Shown in pieces: positions 1 through 5,970 of a DNA stretch of 10,081 nt; the first letter of the stretch is position 1, and every line of letters begins with the position of its first letter. The notes under the pieces were generated by a model that searched no databases, had not been told where the DNA came from, and saw only the letters and a list, made by a program, of their open reading frames with translations. A program made the position numbers and the translations under genes. This DNA is from a virus. Taxonomy: Duplodnaviria; Heunggongvirae; Uroviricota; Caudoviricetes. The stretch covers positions 1 to 10,081 of IMG/VR virus record IMGVR_UViG_2663763286_000006. One strand, written 5' to 3'.

Positions 1-2
1 TA

Positions 3-119
3 ACGTGGGTGGACTGGTATAACAATCGACGATTGCTGGAAAGGCTGGGCCATATTCCTCCGGCAGAAGCAGAAAAAGCTTATTATGCTTCCATCGGAAA
101 TAATGATCTGGCAGCCTGA
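3..119 (+). CDS. IS3-family transposase OrfB, C-terminal fragment (…TWVDWYNNRRLLERLGHIPPAEAEKAYYASIGNNDLAA*)
   Basis: Open frame from the window edge to TGA at 117-119. The C-terminal tail is typical of IS3-family DDE transposases and lies 42 bp upstream of the IS terminus. Confidence 0.75.
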   Translation, partial: TWVDWYNNRRLLERLGHIPPAEAEKAYYASIGNNDLAA

Positions 120-136
120 GTTCACAGATAAAATAC

Positions 137-161
137 TCTCCAGGAAACCCGGGGCGGTTCA
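137..161. repeat. IS right terminal inverted repeat (tctccaggaaacccggggcggttca; reverse complement TGAACCGCCCCGGGTTTCCTGGAGA)
   Basis: Matches the repeat at 9701-9725 (TGAACCGCCCCGGAAATCCTGGAGA) at 22 of 25 positions; begins with the TGA terminus typical of IS3-family ends. Confidence 0.8.
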
Positions 162-680
162 GGCTGGCATATTTCCTGTTGCCTTCATGGCCTCCAAAAT
201 AACCAGAACGCCATCTCGCCCAACCACCTCAGCGATAACCTCGGTGTTGTCGCCAACAACATCGCAGAATGCCTGAACTGCCTTACGAGCCAGCTCATTC
301 TCCACTGCCAGCGCCGTGCGATTACCCTCCAGCTCTGCAATGCGCTGTTTTGCGGCATCCAGTTCAATCGACAATTTTTCCAACTGCTCTTGATGCTTCT
401 TGTATTCCTGATATGCGTGCCAAGACTGACCTTTGCGCACACTATCAGTGATATCAGTAATCTGTTCTGGTGTTAGCGTGGTCAGTGGCTGTGATGGGAA
501 AATAAGCACTTTCCCGGAATCCCAATCAAAACCAGCGTGAATTGACTGAACCTCAACTGAAGGTGTTGAACCAATGCTGCCAGGCGAATGAACAACGATC
601 GTTACATTCATATCGCGACGATGGCTGTGGTTGTTGGACAAAATACGATTCACCAACTCAGAAAATTTGGAAAATTTCAT
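159..680 (-). CDS. Prophage hypothetical protein with C-terminal coiled-coil (173 aa as read); 3' end probably truncated by the IS insertion
   Basis: ORF MKFSKFSELVNRIL… with a heptad-like segment (QEQLEKLSIELDAAKQRIAELEGNRTALAVENELARK). Its stop codon TGA (159-161) is the terminal TGA of the IS itself. The start overlaps the upstream gene stop in an ATGA arrangement. Confidence 0.5.
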   Translation of the reverse strand: MKFSKFSELVNRILSNNHSHRRDMNVTIVVHSPGSIGSTPSVEVQSIHAGFDWDSGKVLIFPSQPLTTLTPEQITDITDSVRKGQSWHAYQEYKKHQEQLEKLSIELDAAKQRIAELEGNRTALAVENELARKAVQAFCDVVGDNTEVIAEVVGRDGVLVILEAMKATGNMPA

Positions 681-967
681 GCTGATTCCCCTTTCTCTGC
701 TCTCTCCTGTCGGAACATCACTATCATCAGGTCGCCTTTTGTCGCTATCCTGGCTGTTGTACCTGGTTCAATGCGGCTAAGCTCAAATGCGTCATAGAAC
801 GCTTCTAATGCCTTCTGGCGTAGTTCCTGTTTGCGCCGTTTTTTCCACTGTTTTAGGAAAATGGAACCCAGCCATCGCCATGTACGGGACATGATGTAAA
901 GCCAACCGAGAAGTGCCAGACCGGTATTTAGGAGCGTATCGATCGTTATTGTCGTGTCGATATTCAC
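677..967 (-). CDS. Small putative membrane protein (96 aa, GTG start)
   Basis: A GTG at 967 overlaps the upstream stop (GTGA) and is preceded by AAGGAAG at about 6 nt. Hydrophobic segment LLNTGLALLGWLYIM followed by a basic stretch KQWKKRRKQ. The annotated ATG at 1000 has no Shine-Dalgarno sequence and would overlap the upstream gene by 36 nt. Confidence 0.45.
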   Translation of the reverse strand: MNIDTTITIDTLLNTGLALLGWLYIMSRTWRWLGSIFLKQWKKRRKQELRQKALEAFYDAFELSRIEPGTTARIATKGDLMIVMFRQERAEKGESA

Positions 968-1830
968 TGGCTGCTTCCTTTGCGAATCTGTTCCGCCCAT
1001 TCTTCAAGGGATTTCTCCGCATATTCACCAGACAGGCCATCAATCGGATGCGCTTCATTAGCCAACTCTTCTTTCGCTGACAAAATCATGCGTGTAACGT
1101 CGAAAACTTCACGCAAAGACTTATTGATAAATCCGTGATTGAACGCAGCAGCAAGACGGCTGGCGGTATAGTTAATCCCCTCGTTGCGTGCTTCCGCACG
1201 TACTTCAGCAAGGAAAGCATCGGTGGCTGGGGTTTCGACATTAGGTCGAAGCTCATAATCACAAACTCTTTCAATCCATGGTGATACTCTGTCGCATTTC
1301 CTCTTCTTGCGTTCACCGACCTTGGTTGCCTGCTGAATAATTACCCCCCAGCAAATGCTTTCGACCTCTTCGCTCCATCCATCGCAAGCATCACCTCTAT
1401 AGTCGTCAATTGCAGCCTCAGCAGCAGCGATAGCCTCCTCAGCAGTTTTGTGACACTCGAAACTAAATTCAGAGCCATATGAGAAATACATAGCCCCGGC
1501 CTTAAGCCCCGCATTCTCCGCCACCAGCGCCGCGAGATTAGTCTCAAGCTCTGCAATTCGACACATAGCATCAATATTTGTGTCCTCCAGGCGCTTAATT
1601 TCACCAAGCAGCTCCAGTGCAACCTTTGGGTTGAACGCGGCAACATAACGAGCGTTGTTCTCTGCATTTTTCTGTCCATCAAAGCCGGTCCATTTGATAA
1701 CGTCTTCACATCGTTCATCACCGGGCGTGTGCACCGCATAAGTACCAGTATCTGTCGAAATAAATGCGACCCATTCGTCTGGTGTTGCCTTTTCTGCCGC
1801 CTCACGCAGTACCTGATAGTCAATTGTCAT
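964..1830 (-). CDS. Ead/Ea22-like prophage protein (288 aa)
   Basis: N-terminus MTIDYQVLREAAEKATPDEW… and a central coiled-coil (LELLGEIKRLEDTNIDAMCRIAELETNLAALVAENAGLKA) resemble Ea22-like proteins of lambdoid early-left regions (from memory). Start chosen at the ATG that overlaps the upstream stop (ATGA), with AAGGA 8 nt upstream. Confidence 0.55.
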   Translation of the reverse strand: MTIDYQVLREAAEKATPDEWVAFISTDTGTYAVHTPGDERCEDVIKWTGFDGQKNAENNARYVAAFNPKVALELLGEIKRLEDTNIDAMCRIAELETNLAALVAENAGLKAGAMYFSYGSEFSFECHKTAEEAIAAAEAAIDDYRGDACDGWSEEVESICWGVIIQQATKVGERKKRKCDRVSPWIERVCDYELRPNVETPATDAFLAEVRAEARNEGINYTASRLAAAFNHGFINKSLREVFDVTRMILSAKEELANEAHPIDGLSGEYAEKSLEEWAEQIRKGSSQ

Positions 1831-2471
1831 TCTCGCCATCCTTCACAGTTGTAATCACTACAGCCTTCAAAATCATATGGGCTGTACTGCCAGGTTATTT
1901 TTCCGCAATGCGGACAATTCCAACGCACCTTCCCGCTTCGCGACTTCTTTCTTCTGTTTTGCTTTTTCAACCAGTCAGGCATGACCAAACCTGCGCCCTG
2001 AACCATTGTTCTGCGGTTAAAGTTATTGATATTGAACGTCCGGCGCTTTGCTGCATCAGCAATGGAAAATGGCAACCAAACTATTCCTGGTTCGTTTTTG
2101 TTGGCGACGCTAAAGATGGTCGCTTTACTGAAGTCATCTGTTGGCAATCCACCGTGTTGAAGCCAGTAAACATCGTTGCCGTTCCAGCTACCTTTTTTGT
2201 AGGCCACATACGCAGTGCAATCTGACTCAATCAGGCTTTCTGTAGGGATGTACTGGCAATCAACGTGCCACACAGCCATTGCATCCACGCTATCAGCGCA
2301 AACAGGCTGATCGATATCTCGTCCACAATTCCAGGCTTTTTGGGCTGCTTCCAGCGTGTAAACATGAGCGCGATCGATATCAGAACTGTAACCATTGCCG
2401 TTATGGCAATGGAATGAGGCGTTATTACCCACAGTTTCACGCAAGCACATCATGTAAAAGCGGTTATTCAC
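1827..2471 (-). CDS. Hypothetical protein with C-terminal Cys-rich zinc-ribbon-like motif (…WNCPHCGKITWQYSPYDFEGCSDYNCEGW)
   Basis: 214-codon ORF with a GTG start at 2471 preceded by GGGAGG at 6 nt; the stop overlaps the next start (ATGA). Function not recognised. Confidence 0.5.
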   Translation of the reverse strand: MNNRFYMMCLRETVGNNASFHCHNGNGYSSDIDRAHVYTLEAAQKAWNCGRDIDQPVCADSVDAMAVWHVDCQYIPTESLIESDCTAYVAYKKGSWNGNDVYWLQHGGLPTDDFSKATIFSVANKNEPGIVWLPFSIADAAKRRTFNINNFNRRTMVQGAGLVMPDWLKKQNRRKKSRSGKVRWNCPHCGKITWQYSPYDFEGCSDYNCEGWRE

Positions 2472-2679
2472 TGGATGCCTCCCAGCAAATTTGTCTTATA
2501 TAAGAACTGTTAACGCGCTTTACTTTCCCGTCGAACTCCAGTTTCTTTAGACGACGCAAAACGTATGCCGTTTTGAGTGTGCGATATTTATCCCTAAGCC
2601 AGTTGGTCACGACGTAAGTCATACAGCGCCCGTGTTCTTCCAACACCCGAACTATTTCTTCGTCGGTTGGCTTGCTCAT
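2464..2679 (-). CDS. Small basic protein (71 aa), possible DNA-binding protein
   Basis: ATG at 2679 preceded by AAGGAG at 7 nt; overlaps the upstream stop (ATGA). Basic and helix-rich (RRLKKLEFDGKVKR). A winged-helix fold is only a guess. Confidence 0.5.
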   Translation of the reverse strand: MSKPTDEEIVRVLEEHGRCMTYVVTNWLRDKYRTLKTAYVLRRLKKLEFDGKVKRVNSSYIRQICWEASSE

Positions 2680-2897
2680 TTTGTCGCTCCTTCAGCTTTC
2701 TCTACTTTCGCTGCCATGATTTCCAGCTTTTGTGCTGCCGATGCCGCTAACCTGTGAAATTCTTCATCTGTTTCAACTGGAATTGGTACAAACCTGACAC
2801 CAATTTGAGCAAGGCTATGCGCCATTTCGAGACTTGCTCTTAACTCTGCTGGGGATGCTTTATTCAGGCCGACTTCCTCACAAATAACTGATTGCAT
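2676..2897 (-). CDS. Hypothetical small protein (73 aa)
   Basis: ORF MQSVICEEVGLNKASPAELRASLEMAHSLAQIGVRFVPIPV…; sits 10 nt downstream of the preceding stop and is co-directional with its neighbours. Confidence 0.45.
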   Translation of the reverse strand: MQSVICEEVGLNKASPAELRASLEMAHSLAQIGVRFVPIPVETDEEFHRLAASAAQKLEIMAAKVEKAEGATK

Positions 2898-2906
2898 ACG
2901 CTCGCC

Positions 2907-3632
2907 CTACTGAATACGCTCAAACTCGATTACCCAAACCCAGGGATTAGCACTCCAGCTTTCTTCGCCGTAGATGGATTCCCACAGGCGCTGGAACGCA
3001 ACCTTGGCCATTGCGAAATCCCCCTTGGGAGTAAGGAATGTTCCCGGGTGATCAGGAAGCAAACTTCCAGCAGGCGGAACGCCCTCATCCCTTGCATCGC
3101 ATTCGCTGATATCGTTCAACCGCTCAACGCGCACGTTGGTAATTTCCACCAGGATGCGTGATGCCCATCGCGGCATGTGAATTGATGGACGCCACCCACC
3201 ATCAAACTTTTCATTCACAGTGTGAGGTTTCCAGTCGGCATCATCGGGTATCGACCATAAACCGTAATCACCAGGCTTTTGCTCACAACTGGCCCGATAA
3301 ATCCTTGCTGCGTTCTTCTCATCGCCACGACAAAGGTTGTCGTTCCAGTCCACACTGCAACCATCTTCATTGCCTAATATCGCCCATGTTTCACGAACCC
3401 AAATTCGATCGCCGACGATACCAAAGGGGCAATTGAAAACACTGCTTACACCATCAGCCCCGTACCACTGAAAACCTGCACCAATTTTTCTAACCATCAC
3501 CGGTGCTTCTGGACCAACTTCCGCAGGCTGATTTTTCATTATCCGCCGCGTCTGCGTTTTCCTTCCTTCGAGGATGGCCCGGACCATCTCATCGTTGAAA
3601 ATCATGCCGCGCTCTTTCACTTCGCCTTTCAT
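2907..3632 (-). CDS. Hypothetical phage protein, possibly ASCH/PUA-like fold (GRKTQTRR motif)
   Basis: Long ORF with an N-terminal …MIFNDEMVRAILEGRKTQTRRI… segment resembling the GxKxxExR-type ASCH signature (weak, from memory). Start placed at the third in-frame ATG (3632), which has AGGGGGA immediately upstream and lies 10 nt after the stop of the small peptide ORF. ATGs at 3668, 3650 and 3605 are alternatives. Confidence 0.5.
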   Translation of the reverse strand: MKGEVKERGMIFNDEMVRAILEGRKTQTRRIMKNQPAEVGPEAPVMVRKIGAGFQWYGADGVSSVFNCPFGIVGDRIWVRETWAILGNEDGCSVDWNDNLCRGDEKNAARIYRASCEQKPGDYGLWSIPDDADWKPHTVNEKFDGGWRPSIHMPRWASRILVEITNVRVERLNDISECDARDEGVPPAGSLLPDHPGTFLTPKGDFAMAKVAFQRLWESIYGEESWSANPWVWVIEFERIQ

Positions 3633-3642
3633 GCATCCCCCT

Positions 3643-3729
3643 TTACCCATGCGCGACGATGCCGCCAAAAGTGATAGAGAACAGCCAGAAATAGATCGCG
3701 GCCATAATGATTTTGAATGCCGTGTTCAT
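3643..3729 (-). CDS. Unannotated small hydrophobic peptide, 28 aa (MNTAFKIIMAAIYFWLFSITFGGIVAHG)
   Basis: Not in the supplied ORF track (too short). ATG at 3729 preceded by AGGAG with an 8-nt spacer. The peptide has a single predicted transmembrane-like core, and its stop lies 10 nt upstream of the next gene start. Confidence 0.35.
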   Translation of the reverse strand: MNTAFKIIMAAIYFWLFSITFGGIVAHG

Positions 3730-3757
3730 ATTTTCAGCTCCTGTGATTGATTGGATA

Positions 3758-3788
3758 CATGCCGCGCCTTGCGGCATGTTTTTATTTT
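3758..3788 (+). terminator. Intrinsic terminator-like hairpin oriented for the + strand (CATGCCGC-gcctt-GCGGCATG followed by TTTTTATTTT)
   Basis: 8-bp GC-rich stem, 5-nt loop and a T-rich tract on the + strand only. It is convergent with the minus-strand operon and lies immediately upstream of the small peptide gene's RBS. Confidence 0.5.
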
Positions 3789-3815
3789 CACTTCCCCTGT
3801 CTTAAAAATCAATAT

Positions 3816-3828
3816 TTATTAGAGCAAT
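3816..3828 (-). repeat. 13-mer junction motif ATTGCTCTAATAA (minus-strand orientation), copy A
   Basis: Exact copy; it overlaps the tandem stop codons (TAA TAA) of the HAD phosphatase gene. Confidence 0.6.
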
Positions 3829-4334
3829 TGTTGTTGATAAAGAAGCGCATTTTCATACTCCCTGACCATTAATGTAAGTACGCCATGACTCCTGAACACA
3901 CGCGCCACTTCAATCTTATCTTCCAGCGCGAACGCAATTTTACTTAGACCAATTTTCTTCAGGAGATCAATCTTTGCTGGACCGTCATTTCTGTCATCGG
4001 TGGCAGGACGCATAGATAGCAAAGGCTCAGCCCCGTTTGTTACGTACTTCCGCAGCCAGGCTCGTGTTTTATCCCTTGCGATCTCACAGCGCCCGGTTAC
4101 AAACCAGACCGTGTAAACGTTAAATAACTGGCGCACCATATCAATAACTGGAGTGATGGGAGCATCAGTGTCACAGGCAAGGTTAAACTCGTTCCAGTGC
4201 TCTGTTAATGCACCTTTGCCAGGTGGTGGAAGTAAATGCAGCCTGTCTTCCGTTGCCTCTGATATCGTCCCATCAATATCTACTATGACGATGTACGGAC
4301 GTTCCTGGTGTGCGTGTTTATTGAAAATACTCAA
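3819..4334 (-). CDS. HAD-superfamily phosphatase (polynucleotide-kinase 3'-phosphatase-like domain)
   Basis: HAD motif I IVIVDIDGT (DxDGT) near the N-terminus, motif II-like VWFVTGR, and a downstream acidic motif ATDDRND. TTG start at 4334 preceded by AGGAGG. Confidence 0.6.
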   Translation of the reverse strand: MSIFNKHAHQERPYIVIVDIDGTISEATEDRLHLLPPPGKGALTEHWNEFNLACDTDAPITPVIDMVRQLFNVYTVWFVTGRCEIARDKTRAWLRKYVTNGAEPLLSMRPATDDRNDGPAKIDLLKKIGLSKIAFALEDKIEVARVFRSHGVLTLMVREYENALLYQQQLL

Positions 4335-4352
4335 ATGCCCTCCTCATTGGAC

Positions 4353-4386
4353 GAAAAAAATGCTGGTGGGCGCACTCCACCAGCAT
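4353..4386 (-). terminator. Rho-independent terminator (minus strand): 10-bp stem ATGCTGGTGG/CCACCAGCAT, 7-nt loop, then U7
   Basis: Perfect 10-bp inverted repeat at 4360-4386 followed on the minus strand by TTTTTTT (4353-4359); located between the stop of the 420-aa gene (4407) and the HAD gene start (4334). Confidence 0.65.
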
Positions 4387-4406
4387 TAAAAGTGACACTG
4401 TAACTA

Positions 4407-5669
4407 TCAGCGAACGTAAATAGTGCCGCCGTTCTCTTTTTCCCATGCATCGCTACGTGCATAGCAAACATCGAGAAGTCTTCTTGCCGCAGTTTCCTCT
4501 AAACCCAATTCGACAACCAACTGCTCATGACGGCGGGTAACCACATCAAACAGGGTATGCAGCCCTTTAGTTGCCAGATCATCAATGAATTCCGGTTCGA
4601 ACGGCAGCTCTGCCTCTGCCAACATAACCTCTTGCGCCCACTCAACTCGACGGACCAGTTCCGGGCGGCGGCTTTCCATCTCTTTACAGATCAATTCATG
4701 GAAGAACTCTACCCAACCTTCCGGCTGGAACTCGCGGAAAATGGCCAACGGCTGGAAGTTTGGCATCAACCATTCGTTGATCCGGATATCAATGGCATAG
4801 CCCATGTCGCAGCAGAACTGATAAGCAAAGTCCAGCTTAGAAACGATATAAGGACGCTCGTTATTGAACTCTTTAGGCGATGAGATCCCATAAGCCAGGA
4901 GGCGCGGGAAGAAGGAGATTTGCCCTAACGTCGGATGAAGTTTTCTTGCAGGGAAACGGCGCTCAGTAATGCCATACATTTCCTTCTTGAGCGTCGCAAA
5001 TTTGGCATTCTCATTAACCAGCGCGGTAACCTCTGCTTTTTTATTAGCAAATGCCACGCGCGCTTCGCTTGCATCTTTAATAGTTTTTTTGAGCTGTTGG
5101 TTAAGGTCGGCGACCTGCTTACGCAGTTCCTGTCGCTCGCTTTTAGCTTTGTTATAGCGTTTCTCAAGGTTAAAAGGATCAAGTTTCATGATCTCTTTAT
5201 ATTGAGATTTTAGCGTTGAAATCTGTGAGTTCCGCAGTTCAACCATCGCGGTCATTTCATTGAGTTTTGTTTCCAGCTCAATGCTTATACGTTCGGCATT
5301 ATCAGCACGCTGGTTGGCGTCATGCGTCGCATCGTCGATCGCGTCCTGTTGCTGGCGTTTCAAATGTTCAATTTGCAGCTGAAGCTCTTCAATTTCTTTA
5401 CCCTTCAGACCGAGATCCAACTGCATATTTTCAGCTGCATCTACCAGGGAGTTATGGCTATCAGCTTCTGCGTTATAAACATCAATAAGCTGTGCGTGAA
5501 GCATCTCCGCTGACTGAACCGCATTATCAAAAAAACGCGCTGTGAGGTCATCACAACTAACGCGGCGTTGCGCGGCCCGGATGTTCTGGATAATGGCCGG
5601 GATACCGGCATTCAGGACGTCAGGGATAGATACATTTTCGATTGATTGGTTTTGTGCTGAAGTGCTCAT
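4407..5669 (-). CDS. Large hypothetical protein (420 aa): N-terminal coiled-coil (about residues 60-230), C-terminal globular domain of unknown function
   Basis: Long ORF with strong heptad periodicity and K/E/Q richness (…LQLQIEHLKRQQQDAIDD…ELRKQVADLNQQLKK…), then a Trp/Phe/Cys-containing C-terminal domain. Its start lies 1 nt after the upstream stop (TGAAATG). Confidence 0.6.
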   Translation of the reverse strand: MSTSAQNQSIENVSIPDVLNAGIPAIIQNIRAAQRRVSCDDLTARFFDNAVQSAEMLHAQLIDVYNAEADSHNSLVDAAENMQLDLGLKGKEIEELQLQIEHLKRQQQDAIDDATHDANQRADNAERISIELETKLNEMTAMVELRNSQISTLKSQYKEIMKLDPFNLEKRYNKAKSERQELRKQVADLNQQLKKTIKDASEARVAFANKKAEVTALVNENAKFATLKKEMYGITERRFPARKLHPTLGQISFFPRLLAYGISSPKEFNNERPYIVSKLDFAYQFCCDMGYAIDIRINEWLMPNFQPLAIFREFQPEGWVEFFHELICKEMESRRPELVRRVEWAQEVMLAEAELPFEPEFIDDLATKGLHTLFDVVTRRHEQLVVELGLEETAARRLLDVCYARSDAWEKENGGTIYVR

Positions 5670-5670
5670 T

Positions 5671-5889
5671 TCAAAGTTCCGTATTAGCTTGTGCTTCGGT
5701 CATTTTTCCTAAGTATGAAGGAGGAAGGACTACGCAATTTGTATCCAGTCCCTCACCTATGGCAGCCTGTAAAATTCTGGCTAAGGTGAGTCTCTTGTTG
5801 CGATACCTGGTGATGACATGCCTGATACCGCCGGTCGGCGTAACAAAGGCGATCAGCCAGTAGTGATATTTCCGTCGGAATGGCCACAT
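5671..5889 (-). CDS. Hypothetical small protein (72 aa)
   Basis: ATG at 5889 preceded by AAGGTG at 4 nt; the stop directly abuts the start of the 420-aa gene (coupled pair). Confidence 0.45.
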   Translation of the reverse strand: MWPFRRKYHYWLIAFVTPTGGIRHVITRYRNKRLTLARILQAAIGEGLDTNCVVLPPSYLGKMTEAQANTEL

Positions 5890-5903
5890 AGTGCACCTTG
5901 TAG

Positions 5904-5916
5904 ATTGCTCTAATAA
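5904..5916 (+). repeat. 13-mer junction motif ATTGCTCTAATAA (+ orientation), copy B
   Basis: Exact copy; forms a perfect 13-bp inverted repeat with copy C, enclosing the terminator hairpin. Confidence 0.6.
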
Positions 5917-5940
5917 AAAACGTGATGAGTGTACATCACG
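5915..5940 (-). terminator. Rho-independent terminator (minus strand): stem CGTGATG/CATCACG, 6-nt loop, then U6
   Basis: 7-bp inverted repeat at 5921-5940 followed on the minus strand by TTTTTT (5915-5920); lies between the GT-A-like gene stop (5971) and the 72-aa gene start (5889). Confidence 0.55.
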
Positions 5941-5956
5941 CTTTAAAAATATGGAA

Positions 5957-5969
5957 TTATTAGAGCAAT
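5957..5969 (-). repeat. 13-mer junction motif ATTGCTCTAATAA (minus-strand orientation), copy C
   Basis: Exact copy starting 1 nt after the stop codon of the 5971..6672 gene. Confidence 0.6.
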
Positions 5970-5970
5970 A

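Larger units (their letters stand above)
1..161 (+). mobile_element. IS3-family insertion sequence (IS629/IS1203-like), right-hand end; truncated by the window edge
   Basis: A transposase C-terminus reads in + frame 3 up to a TGA stop at 117-119. The element ends at 161 with a 25-bp terminal inverted repeat (137-161) that is the reverse complement of the repeat starting at 9701. Family assignment is from memory of IS629 OrfA/OrfB sequences, not a search. Confidence 0.8.

Noticed and set aside
85-276. 63-aa + strand ORF spanning the IS right end into flanking DNA
   Set aside because: Crosses the IS terminus at 161 and lies out of frame with the transposase; a chance ORF created by the junction.
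185-442. Alternative-frame minus-strand ORFs nested in longer genes (185..442, 792..1058, 1086..1316, 1341..1823, 2231..2440, 4925..5182, 6153..6341, 7555..7803)
   Set aside because: Overlap longer same-strand ORFs that have recognisable motifs or coupling; the nested proteins are Arg/Leu-rich with no distinctive features.
677-1000. Longer 107-aa version of the small membrane protein starting at the ATG at 1000
   Set aside because: No Shine-Dalgarno sequence and a 36-nt overlap with the upstream gene; the GTG at 967 has AAGGAAG and a GTGA stop-start overlap.
1764-2225. + strand ORFs antisense to the minus-strand genes (e.g. 1764..2225, 2892..3161, 3158..3436, 4153..4389, 4527..4883, 4935..5213, 7021..7266, 7481..7729, 8342..8611, 8717..8983)
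   Set aside because: Each is fully embedded antisense within a longer, better-supported minus-strand gene, with no RBS or coupling evidence; typical shadow ORFs.
3758-3778. Hairpin CATGCCGC…GCGGCATG as a lambda-type boxB element downstream of the 13-mer boxA-like motif
   Set aside because: Stem (8 bp) and loop (AAGGC) do not resemble the 5-bp stem and GAAGA-type loop of lambdoid boxB, and the boxA-to-hairpin spacing of about 37 nt is much longer than in nut sites; a + strand terminator is the better reading.
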